IMG/VR virus record: IMGVR_UViG_3300028886_000082
Location: 1 to 64,000 of that record
DNA length: 64,000 bases
Strand: one strand, 5' to 3'
Source of the DNA: a virus
Lineage: Duplodnaviria; Caudoviricetes
Both the position numbers and the translations under genes were made by a program. The notes below the pieces were generated by a model, which made no database searches, had not been told where the DNA came from, and saw nothing but the letters and a program-made list of their open reading frames with translations. Positions 1 to 7,436 of the stretch are shown in pieces (the first letter of the stretch is position 1; every line of letters begins with the position of its first letter).

Positions 1-82
1 TTGCATGAATGGATGTTCCTTCTTTGATCATTTGCATGTACTTCAGACATTCTGCATAACCATGCTTCTTTCTCTTTTGCAT
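1..82 (-). CDS. IS3-family transposase OrfA-like HTH protein, N-terminal fragment (runs off window)
   Basis: Manual translation MQKRKKHGYAECLKYMQMIKEGTSIHA...; starts 21 nt inside an IS3-like terminal repeat. Confidence 0.55.
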   Translation of the reverse strand, partial: MQKRKKHGYAECLKYMQMIKEGTSIHA

Positions 83-127
83 AATAAACCCCGAAAGTTT
101 TTTGTCTAACTTTCGGGGTTCACTTCA
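1..127 (-). mobile_element. Left end of IS3-family (IS150-group-like) insertion sequence
   Basis: Minus strand 127-103 reads TGAAGTGAACCCCGAAAGTTAGACA, resembling IS3-family TG-initiated ends as I recall them; internal palindrome AACCCCGAAAGTT/AACTTTCGGGGTT overlaps the OrfA start region. Confidence 0.6.
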
Positions 128-196
128 CGTCTGACTCTCCCTTTTTTTATGTACCTTTGCAGCAACGTTACTGAAAAGTAACTCATAAAGCATGTT

Positions 197-232
197 TCCC
201 TGCCAGTCCGCGATGGATAGGCAGGGATTTTT
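197..232 (+). terminator. Intrinsic terminator-like hairpin
   Basis: TCCCTGCC(197-204)/GGCAGGGA(220-227) stem followed by a T-run. Confidence 0.55.
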
Positions 233-237
233 GTTGC

Positions 238-312
238 AAGTTCTCTACCTTTCATGTCGAATTCTCTACCTTTCATGTCGAATTCTCTACCTTTGTTTAG
301 GGTAGAGAACTT
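238..312. repeat. 21-bp tandem repeat (2.5 copies) with a flanking inverted copy
   Basis: TTCTCTACCTTTCATGTCGAA at 241 and 262, partial at 283; AAGTTCTCTACC(238-249) is the reverse complement of GGTAGAGAACTT(301-312). Confidence 0.9.
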
Positions 313-316
313 TACG

Positions 317-1468
317 TCATTTCTTTTTCTTCTGATAGTTGGCCATTGTCTCAACTATCGTCCTATCCAGTACCTTGGCATAGGTCTTTTCCGTTTCTCT
401 GATTGATGCGTGACCTAACATGTGCTGCACTATGTGCATTGGTATCTGACCCTCGTTCACCAGCATGGTGGCTCCCGTGTGCCTTGCCCAATGCGTGGTA
501 ATAGGCTTGTCTATCTTTGCGTATTTGGCCGCTGCTTTCAGATAGTCGTTATACTTCTGATTGCTTGCGATCGGCAGCATGTAGTCGTACTTCTTCAAGA
601 TTGCAAGTGCAGGCTTCAACAGTACGATCGTGAATGGCTGTTCGGTCTTTATCCTATTTGCCCTATACACCACCTGTCCGCCCATATCCTCGCATTTGCC
701 GTAGTCAAAATGCTCCAAGTCAGAATAGCTCATCATCGTATAGGTTTGGAATACAAACAAGTCCCTGACCCTTGCCAAGTGTTCGGAGTCAATCTTGCAC
801 GATTCAAACCTATGGAACTCTGCAGGAGTGAGGAATCTAGTCAGTCCGTCCTCGTCACCCCGCTTGATTTTCATCTTGCTATAGGGGTTCTTGGTCAAAA
901 GACCGTCGTCAAAGGCTTGGATAACAAACGACTTCAATATTTTGTGGTAATTATATCGGCTGCTCTCTTTCAGACCTCTACGCTCCAGGTATTCATCCAT
1001 CTTTGCGATATTCTTCTCCGTGACATCGGCAAAGTAAACAATCCCTTTCCATTCATCCAAGAAGTCTAACACCACCTTATACCTCTTCTGTGTGCCGACC
1101 TTCAGACTTTTCATCTTCTGACCTGCACACTCCTTTGCATACTCCAAGAAAGTCTGTGTCTGCATGATTCTCTCTTCGTACAGCTTCGGTATGGCTTTGA
1201 TGTTGATGCAATCACCTCTCATCATCTCTGTGACTATCTCGGAACACTTGCTATAGATGATACTCAGTTGCTCGTTCAGTTCCTTCCAGCCTTGTTTGCC
1301 TACCACTCTGCCATTCACCCACTCCTTCTCGAGTAGCCAGATATTGGTACTCATGTACGTCCTCACCTTGTTATAGGTGATTCTCAACTCGACAACTCCA
1401 GTCTTTTTCTTGTCTTTCTTTGTTACGTGCTTTCTGTCAAACACGAATGTTAATTTTGGTGTACCCAT
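317..1468 (-). CDS. int: Tyrosine recombinase / phage integrase (arm-binding, SAM-like and catalytic domains)
   Basis: 383 aa; RD...F (ARVRDLFVFQTYTMMSYSD), HWARHT, MLGH and terminal Y (TEKTYAKV) motifs; Bacteroidetes arm-domain N-terminus. Confidence 0.93.
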   Translation of the reverse strand: MGTPKLTFVFDRKHVTKKDKKKTGVVELRITYNKVRTYMSTNIWLLEKEWVNGRVVGKQGWKELNEQLSIIYSKCSEIVTEMMRGDCINIKAIPKLYEERIMQTQTFLEYAKECAGQKMKSLKVGTQKRYKVVLDFLDEWKGIVYFADVTEKNIAKMDEYLERRGLKESSRYNYHKILKSFVIQAFDDGLLTKNPYSKMKIKRGDEDGLTRFLTPAEFHRFESCKIDSEHLARVRDLFVFQTYTMMSYSDLEHFDYGKCEDMGGQVVYRANRIKTEQPFTIVLLKPALAILKKYDYMLPIASNQKYNDYLKAAAKYAKIDKPITTHWARHTGATMLVNEGQIPMHIVQHMLGHASIRETEKTYAKVLDRTIVETMANYQKKKK

Positions 1469-1516
1469 GTTAATTTGATGTTAATTTAAAATGTTTGCCT
1501 AAAAATTTTTTTATTG

Positions 1517-1865
1517 GTAACACCCTTTGAAATTTCAGTAACACCTTTGGTAACACTTTTTCTGCAAAAGACTATCAAAAACTTTAGTAGATTATTAATG
1601 ATATATAATGCAGATTCATGCCCAATCGTACCTCAATTGAACGTGAATAATCCGCTTATAGACAAAGACTTATGCTGTTTTTAGTAGTATTTAAAGGGGG
1701 TTTGGAAATTTGTTAGTTAAACAACCGCCCCTCTTTATCTTTGTGATCCGTTTGGGTTTTGAACCTTTCGGAACTTTATCACACGTAAGTGTTTTAATGT
1801 CAGTTATATACGAATCTCACGCACAAGGGTTCAAAATCAACGTGGTAACACTTTTGTAACAACAC
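1517..1865. other. Putative attP: tRNA-3'-like core flanked by GTAACAC arm-type repeats
   Basis: Minus strand 1765-1741 GGTTCAAAACCCAAACGGATCACAA resembles a tRNA T-arm/acceptor 3' end; GTAACAC at 1517, 1538, 1550 and 1845, with GTAACAA at 1856. Confidence 0.6.
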
Positions 1866-1933
1866 GTTTTGATACAACTTTACAAATCCTTTTCTCCATA
1901 CATTCTTCTGTTATTTAATTAAACTTAATAACC

Positions 1934-1965
1934 TTTGCAGGGTCTTGAATTTTTCTCTAACTTTG
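1934..1965 (+). promoter_or_regulatory. Bacteroidetes sigma-A type promoter
   Basis: TTTG (1934-1937), 20-nt spacer, TAACTTTG (1958-1965), matching the -33/-7 consensus. Confidence 0.75.
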
Positions 1966-1969
1966 CACC

Positions 1970-2077
1970 CGTCAAGTTCGAGTTGACGAGTTGTGAATTA
2001 AGAATATCGCTCATACCGATATAGATGTTTGTCATCTCGTCCCCGTCAGTTACTCGAACTATCTGATGGGGACTTTT
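1970..2077 (+). ncRNA. Two-hairpin RNA with complementary loops ending in a terminator-like stem
   Basis: Hairpin CGTCAA-GTTCGAG-TTGACG (1970-1988); hairpin GTCCCCGTCAG-TTACTCGAACTAT-CTGATGGGGAC (2039-2073) followed by TTTT; the loops are complementary. Confidence 0.65.
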
Positions 2078-2530
2078 CTATTCACGAAATCCGAGTCAAC
2101 AACAAGAAACCAGTCTTTGGCTGACGATATTGTGAGACAAGGGCTTTGACCACAGAGTTAATTGTGGTGTTCGTGATGAGTTTCCAAACTACGTGTAGTT
2201 ACGGGAGGGCTTGACGGTAGAAATTGAACGCTCGACCTCTATAACACGAACTGAAATAAACAAACCCTCCGAGGCAGTATCGTAGCCAGTCGATACGGGG
2301 AATAGCACGCAAGAGGGAGGTTGGATGAGATAAGAAGACCTGTGCAGGAGTGGCAAGTTCCGAATGTTCTGAAAGCAAGTTGTAGTGCCACCTACTAACG
2401 AGCCGAGATAGGAAACCTCTGAAAAAGCGGCATGCGAAATCTCGATTATCCCCTCACTCCAATGAAGAGTCTCTTGCTCTGATTTGGGTAAGGGGAAATT
2501 GGACTCACTCGAATCGTTTCCTTTCCCCTA
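2078..2530 (+). ncRNA. Candidate long structured non-coding leader upstream of RNase HI
   Basis: No ORF of 60 aa or more in the track; many stems (ACCACA/TGTGGT, AACTAC/GTAGTT, GGAGGG/CCCTCC, GTATCG/CGATAC, GTGGCA/TGCCAC, CGAGAT/ATCTCG, AGGGGAAA/TTTCCCCT). Confidence 0.5.
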
Positions 2531-2565
2531 TGGCATGGTTTGGTTTTCGTTAATTATTATTGCTT

Positions 2566-2976
2566 ATGGAAAAATATATAGCTTATACGGATGGTAGTTG
2601 TGACAACCTTCACCCAAGAAGACCAGGAGGTGCAGCCTACATAATCTTCAATGAGGATGGATCTCTTTATAAAAAAACCTCGAAAGGCTTTCTGAACACC
2701 ACAAACAACCGCATGGAACTGCTTGCCATCATCAGCGTGGTCAACTCCCTCCCAAAAGGTTCATCCGTCACCATATACACAGACTCCAACTACTGCATCC
2801 TTGCCTGCAAATCCAAGAAGCCGAAGAAGAATAAAGACCTTGTGGAACTTTATCATCGACTGGCAGGTAAGCTCTCGTCCATCGAATTTCATTGGGTCAA
2901 AGGGCACGCAGGCAACATCTACAACGAAGAGTGTGACCGCATGGCCAATGGCGAGTACAGAAAGATGCTCTATTAA
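2566..2976 (+). CDS. rnhA: Ribonuclease HI
   Basis: YTDGS, TNNRMELLA, IYTDSNY, WVKGHAG, NEECDRMA motifs (DEDD active site); ATG at 2566 (TTG at 2560). Confidence 0.93.
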   Translation: MEKYIAYTDGSCDNLHPRRPGGAAYIIFNEDGSLYKKTSKGFLNTTNNRMELLAIISVVNSLPKGSSVTIYTDSNYCILACKSKKPKKNKDLVELYHRLAGKLSSIEFHWVKGHAGNIYNEECDRMANGEYRKMLY

Positions 2977-3042
2977 TCGGTATCAACATTTCAAAGAACA
3001 CTTAATGGGATGTAGCGTTTTGTTACACCCCATTTATTTTAT

Positions 3043-3726
3043 TCATACCCTTACCAAGCCTACAAACTTATAGAACCCAAAAATAATCTCCTTTGGTACT
3101 AAGAAGTCTGGATATTCATCGTGGTTGTAGCTCACACAACGGATATTTGCGCCTTCATCATAGATTTTCTTGAAGATTACACCATCTTCTGTGTCCAGGA
3201 CATAATCCTTTCCCCATTCAATGACAAACTCTGCTTTCTTGATGGCTATCTCGTCGCCACTCTCATACTTCGGCTCCATCGAATTGCCCTTGATGAACAT
3301 CGTGTAGTCGTAGTCAGGGAAATTTCTTATTATAGGCATCTGTTCGCATTGTTCTAGCAATACACCCTGCGAGTACTGAGAAAGGCTTCCTGCGGACGCG
3401 GAAACGGGCAATCTCGGTTTTGTAGGTAGCTTGATCACGTCTTCGGTCTTGACCTCTTGCTTTGGCTTGGCATTGCGAAGAACCTTTAACGCATCTCCAC
3501 GTCTAGCCTCTGTTACCATCTCCATGAAGTTGTCAACATTCCACAACTTTGCCATTCTCTCTGATAGTTCGTCTGACGGTAACAGTACTCCGCGTGTGAT
3601 TTTTGAAAGCGTGCCTTGTGTTGTTCCAAGCTTTTTGGCAACCTCTTTCTGTGAAACTCTAGGCTCCTTTTCCTCCAACAATCGGTTGAAGTACTCGGTA
3701 AATTTAGGAAATCTCACCTCTTCCAT
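3043..3726 (-). CDS. CI-like repressor (Cro/C1 HTH plus S24 autopeptidase)
   Basis: SQKEVAKKLGTTQGTLSKI HTH; IKGNSMEPKYESGD and FKKI S24 motifs. Confidence 0.9.
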   Translation of the reverse strand: MEEVRFPKFTEYFNRLLEEKEPRVSQKEVAKKLGTTQGTLSKITRGVLLPSDELSERMAKLWNVDNFMEMVTEARRGDALKVLRNAKPKQEVKTEDVIKLPTKPRLPVSASAGSLSQYSQGVLLEQCEQMPIIRNFPDYDYTMFIKGNSMEPKYESGDEIAIKKAEFVIEWGKDYVLDTEDGVIFKKIYDEGANIRCVSYNHDEYPDFLVPKEIIFGFYKFVGLVRV

Positions 3727-3803
3727 AATCCTAATAAATGTTTATGAATCTTTATTAATTCTAAAAAATCTCGTACATTCTTGGATTATTCCAGAATATT
3801 CCA

Positions 3804-3888
3804 TACCTTTGCCGTTGGTTAAACAAACAATAGAGTGTGGGACTTGGATTTTAATATCCAGTCAATACGATTAAGCACCGCAAATATA
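3804..3888. promoter_or_regulatory. Face-to-face promoters of the genetic switch
   Basis: TACCTTTG (+, 3804-3811) and TATATTTG (-, 3888-3881); palindrome GACTTGGAT/ATCCAGTC lies between them. Confidence 0.5.
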
Positions 3889-3961
3889 GGAATAATTTCT
3901 GAGTTCTGCACTCTTTTGAAAGGTTATTTAAGAGTATTTAAAATTAAACAACAAAAGAGAA

Positions 3962-4189
3962 ATGAACGTTTCAACTGACGACATTAGGAACATACCGCCT
4001 GGGGCACTCAGATTGTTCCCCTGCGAGGATGGAAAGAAGATGCGATCCGCTTGCTCATTGGTTACCACCGTTAAACGTACTGAAATGCCGGAAGGCGTGG
4101 TTGACTATGAGACGCAGAAATTCTTCGACCTCAACATAGTTGCCATCCGTGCACTCCGAGAGTGTGACACAAAGGTTCTTAACAAATAA
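3962..4189 (+). CDS. Small hypothetical protein at the Cro position
   Basis: 75 aa, first gene divergent from CI. Confidence 0.55.
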   Translation: MNVSTDDIRNIPPGALRLFPCEDGKKMRSACSLVTTVKRTEMPEGVVDYETQKFFDLNIVAIRALRECDTKVLNK

Positions 4190-4199
4190 TAGATAAGGT

Positions 4200-4988
4200 A
4201 TGAGTACAGAAATTATTAGGTTTGACAACCAGAAAGTAAAGGGTATGACCTCTTTACAAATTGCCGAAACTACAGGCAAGAATCATAAAGATGTATTGCG
4301 TGACATACGCAATCTTTTAGAGAGAGGAGCTAGCGAGCGCAACTTTGCGCTGACCTCTTACGACGACAAACAAGGTAAGGAGAGACCTATGTATGAACTT
4401 ACACCCAAAGGTTGTCTGATCCTTGCTTCAGGATATGATGTTGTTCTGCGCGAGAAAATAATCGACAAGTTGGAAGAGTATCAGCAGAACGAGGCCACAT
4501 CTGTCACAACCCTACCCGACTTTACTAATCCTGCAGAGGCAGCAAGGGCATGGGCAGAACAGTTTGAGCTTAAACAGATTGAAGCCAAACGTGCAGACGA
4601 GGCCGAATCACAAGTGTTGTCTCTTACGCAGGAGATTGCAACCATGCAGCCTAAAATATCATACTATGATACCATACTGAATAACACTTCTACAGTACTT
4701 ACCACTCAGATAGCACAAGACTATGGAATGTCTGCTGTTGCTTTTAATAAGGTGCTGAACGAGATCAGCATTCAACGCAAGGTCAATGGTCAATGGATAC
4801 TCTATGCACCTTATCTTTCTATGGGTTATGTACAATCCAAGCCAGTAACAATCACCCACACCAATGGAAACCAATCCGTCAAGTACAACACGGAATGGAC
4901 GCAGAAAGGCAGGCTTTTTCTATATGAGGAACTCAAGAAGCACGACATTCTTCCGCTTATAGAGGTTTCACAACAAGGTCTTTTTTAA
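4200..4988 (+). CDS. Rha-family regulator fused to a KilAC/ANT antirepressor domain
   Basis: [24 protein letters not shown] (Rha N-terminus); [14 protein letters not shown]...[12 protein letters not shown] (KilAC). Confidence 0.88.
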   Translation: MSTEIIRFDNQKVKGMTSLQIAETTGKNHKDVLRDIRNLLERGASERNFALTSYDDKQGKERPMYELTPKGCLILASGYDVVLREKIIDKLEEYQQNEATSVTTLPDFTNPAEAARAWAEQFELKQIEAKRADEAESQVLSLTQEIATMQPKISYYDTILNNTSTVLTTQIAQDYGMSAVAFNKVLNEISIQRKVNGQWILYAPYLSMGYVQSKPVTITHTNGNQSVKYNTEWTQKGRLFLYEELKKHDILPLIEVSQQGLF

Positions 4989-5107
4989 ATATAATAAGGT
5001 ATGAGCGAAAAATGGTATGACAACGATTGGCTGACAATTATATGGTGTTGCATCGGCATTATATGTATGTTGATTGGAAACTATTACTACAATGGAGGGC
5101 ATTTGGT

Positions 5108-5293
5108 ATGGTAAAGGATGATAAAGGAGATGTGTGGCTCACCACCAAGGAAGCTGCCACCAAACTGAACCTCTCTGTAGGTAGAATCTATCAGATAAAG
5201 AACTCTCTGACCCATCGTAAGATAGGAGACACAAACCAAGGCAGGGTGTTTTTTTTGGAAAGGACTCTTTTCGATGATTATATGAATATGTGA
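5108..5293 (+). CDS. Helix-turn-helix protein (excisionase/MerR-like)
   Basis: WLTTKEAATKLNLSVGRIYQIK; likely ATG at 5108. Confidence 0.7.
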   Translation: MVKDDKGDVWLTTKEAATKLNLSVGRIYQIKNSLTHRKIGDTNQGRVFFLERTLFDDYMNM

Positions 5294-5419
5294 TTTCATT
5301 GGTTTTAGTAGTAATTACTTGTTTTAAGTTTTTAGTTATTGGGATACCCAAGCGTGGGTAATTCGCTTAACAGACAAAGAACTCTACCTGCCATCCGTGA
5401 GGCTCGCAGGCTTTCAAAA

Positions 5420-5506
5420 GGGAAAGTAGCTCAGTTGGTAGAGCGTCACGATAGGTTGCTGGACATCAGTGCCTGAAGGTCGCAGGTTCGAGTCCTGCCT
5501 TTCTCA
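5420..5506 (+). tRNA. tRNA-like RNA with an expanded (21-nt) anticodon loop; isotype undetermined
   Basis: Acceptor GGGAAAG/CTTTCTC, D arm GCTC-AGTTGGTA-GAGC, variable AGGTC, T arm GCAGG-TTCGAGT-CCTGC; anticodon stem TCACG/CCTGA encloses 21 nt; no encoded CCA. Confidence 0.75.
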
Positions 5507-5640
5507 CAATCAGACACACCAAGTCCCAATAGTGCGAATGGGGATATATCGAATGTTTTCATGGCTGATTACAAGCTTGGCGAGTCTTTATACGTGGTCT
5601 TTGACTTATTGGTTTACATGATGAACGTGGAAAAGGCCAC

Positions 5641-5709
5641 GTATGGAGAACCCCCGATCCACAAACCGCAATAGTGCGTAAGGTGGGTAACAAGTCGGTA
5701 GGCTCCTAC
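5641..5709 (+). ncRNA. Long imperfect hairpin immediately 5' of the twister ribozyme
   Basis: GGAG/CTCC, CCGA/TCGG, TCCAC/GTGGG and CGCA-ATAG-TGCG nested stems; 10-mer CAATAGTGCG repeated at 5527 and 5669. Confidence 0.45.
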
Positions 5710-5716
5710 ATTCGTA

Positions 5717-5785
5717 TGCTGTAATGCAGCCCCTTATATAATAAATAAGGTGAGTGTTCCCAAGCCACTAATGCAGAGGGCAGCA
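5717..5785 (+). ncRNA. Twister self-cleaving ribozyme (type P1, with P3)
   Basis: P1 TGCTG/CAGCA, L1 TAA, P2 TGCA/TGCA, P3 CCTTAT/ATAAGG, P4 AGTG/CACT with loop TTCCCAAGC, 3' GAGGG; matches the twister core with both pseudoknots. Confidence 0.9.
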
Positions 5786-5816
5786 AATTATAGGAAAATT
5801 ACAAGCAAATTAAATC

Positions 5817-6128
5817 ATGATAGAACTCCCAACCCGAAGAAGGCTTGAAAGGAGGCGCGACAGGCTTTATGAACATCTTCATTCTATTCTCCATAATGCG
5901 AGCGTTATCCAGGTGGAGAATATCATGAGACAGATTCATGCCATAAACCTAAAGCTGCGCATTTATTTCAAAGGTGGTATTGACCGCCAGCCTCACGAAT
6001 TATTTATTAATCCTGACGAAGACAATGACATTACAACGCAAGACACCGCTACGGGCGAAATCTCCCCTACAGCGGAAGAGTTATCTCAAATCGAAGCAGA
6101 AATCAAAGAAGGAGAAATCCAAATTTGA
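5817..6128 (+). CDS. Hypothetical protein
   Basis: 103-aa ORF in the operon; overlaps the next gene. Confidence 0.5.
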   Translation: MIELPTRRRLERRRDRLYEHLHSILHNASVIQVENIMRQIHAINLKLRIYFKGGIDRQPHELFINPDEDNDITTQDTATGEISPTAEELSQIEAEIKEGEIQI

Positions 6129-6576
6129 GGCCACTGAGGTGAAGGCCAAGAAGAAACTTCCAAATAAGTTTTCAAAAAAGAAACTAATAGAGAAACTTGA
6201 CCGTATCTTCTCACAATATATTAGGCTGAAGTTTTCTGATAGCAGAGGAATATGTCAGTGTATATCATGTACGAAAAGGCAACCCTGGAATGAGATTCAG
6301 AATGGCCATTATATGAGTAGACGTTATTTCTCAACTAGATGGAGTGAGGATAATTGCAGGCCGCAATGCGTTGCGTGTAATATCTTTAATCAAGGGAATA
6401 TACAAGCTTACAGAGTTTCGCTTATTAAGCAGATTGGCGAACAACGTGTTAATCTTGTAGAGGCAAGGGCGAGACAGGAAACTTTCAAGTATGGAGAGTT
6501 TGAACTAAATGCGATGATCAAACACTACACAAAGGAAGTCGAAAGAATAGCAAAAGATAAAGGAATAGAATTATGA
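6025..6576 (+). CDS. ninG: NinG/Rap-like recombination endonuclease
   Basis: KLDRIFSQYIRL, CISC, NGHYMSRR, NCRPQCVACN motifs; likely ATG at 6025. Confidence 0.85.
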   Translation: MTLQRKTPLRAKSPLQRKSYLKSKQKSKKEKSKFEATEVKAKKKLPNKFSKKKLIEKLDRIFSQYIRLKFSDSRGICQCISCTKRQPWNEIQNGHYMSRRYFSTRWSEDNCRPQCVACNIFNQGNIQAYRVSLIKQIGEQRVNLVEARARQETFKYGEFELNAMIKHYTKEVERIAKDKGIEL

Positions 6577-7217
6577 GAACTTGTAAAGTGTGTGGTAAAA
6601 CCAAAGAAGATACTGAGTTTTATGGTAAAACCAAGAATTATACTTGTAAACGTTGCGTATGTGAAAGAAATTCGCGTATAGTATATGAGCGTAACCTTAT
6701 AAAAGAACCAAGTTTAGAAGGAGAAATCTGGCAAACATACCCAAATAATCGGAATTATTTAATATCTACACTTGGAAGAGTCAGAGGTAGAAGTGGTAGA
6801 ATATTACACCCTGCAAAACATCGGCAAGGTTATTTATGGTTAAAGGTTGGCAAATCCCATTGTTTGGTTCATAGATTGGTTGCAGAAACTTTTATACCAA
6901 ATCCATATAATAAGTCAACTGTCAATCATATTAATGCTATAAAATCCGATAATAGAGTTGAAAATTTAGAATGGGCAACTCAGTCAGAAAATAATTGCCA
7001 TGCACTAGGTTTACATCTGAGATACTTTACAAGAAAGATGTGGGAGAACTGCACAAAAGGGCATAAATTATCCAAAAGACAAGTTGACAAAATAAAAACG
7101 GAATATAAAAGTGGCAAACCGCAATTTAAACTTGCAGAAGAATTTCATGTGTCAAGAGCGCAAATATGCAGAATAATAAACGGTAAATCACGAAATTCAA
7201 AATACCAAATCAAATGA
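6573..7217 (+). CDS. NUMOD4/HNH endonuclease with zinc finger and HTH
   Basis: EIWQ...YLISTLGRVR (NUMOD4); VHRLVAETFI...VNHINAIKSDNRVENLEW (HNH_3). Confidence 0.9.
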   Translation: MRTCKVCGKTKEDTEFYGKTKNYTCKRCVCERNSRIVYERNLIKEPSLEGEIWQTYPNNRNYLISTLGRVRGRSGRILHPAKHRQGYLWLKVGKSHCLVHRLVAETFIPNPYNKSTVNHINAIKSDNRVENLEWATQSENNCHALGLHLRYFTRKMWENCTKGHKLSKRQVDKIKTEYKSGKPQFKLAEEFHVSRAQICRIINGKSRNSKYQIK

Positions 7218-7432
7218 ATATGAAAAGAATTAGAAGGTGTGTAAGGATTGCAGACGCTTATTTATATATGGCGCAGGAGGCTCGCAATAAAGGTAAGTAT
7301 TTTGACAGTATTTGCTTTAGCATTAAAGCTACCAGGTTTTGTAATATTGTTACCGTTTTTAATTGCAAAGTTATACTTATAATTGTAACGTTTACTGCTG
7401 TTTTGCAAATAATTACACTAATAATCAAATAA
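7214..7432 (+). CDS. Hypothetical protein with a C-terminal hydrophobic segment
   Basis: 72 aa, ATGA coupling with the HNH gene. Confidence 0.5.
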   Translation: MNMKRIRRCVRIADAYLYMAQEARNKGKYFDSICFSIKATRFCNIVTVFNCKVILIIVTFTAVLQIITLIIK

Positions 7433-7436
7433 AGGT

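Noticed and set aside
241-294. 21-bp repeats as a CRISPR array
   Set aside because: The repeats are directly adjacent with no spacers, and no cas genes are present.
384-404. TTCCGTTTC half-match to the late-promoter motif
   Set aside because: It lies inside the int coding sequence with no second half-site or -7 box at the conserved spacing.
2404-2444. Hammerhead-like junction (CGAGAT/ATCTCG, CTGAAAAA, GC/GC stem, GAAA)
   Set aside because: G8 of CUGANGA is A, breaking the C3-G8 pair, and stems I and II are only 2-3 bp. Kept as part of the structured leader, not called a ribozyme.
5087-5351. Minus-strand small ORFs starting at the TTCAT tracts as type I toxins
   Set aside because: The products are not hydrophobic toxin-like, and they overlap the HTH gene.
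5507-5545. Possible HDV-like/theta ribozyme after tRNA-like 1 (GTCCCA...GCGAATGGGG)
   Set aside because: Too little sequence between the putative P2 strands to form P1 and P3; folds as a simple hairpin.
5616-5640. Pistol-like CGTGG...CCACG hairpin
   Set aside because: The downstream TTAAATAG and pseudoknot partner of pistol ribozymes are absent.
6573-7217. HNH gene as an intron-encoded element
   Set aside because: It is translationally coupled to intact neighbours with no group I intron core seen; an ordinary free-standing endonuclease.
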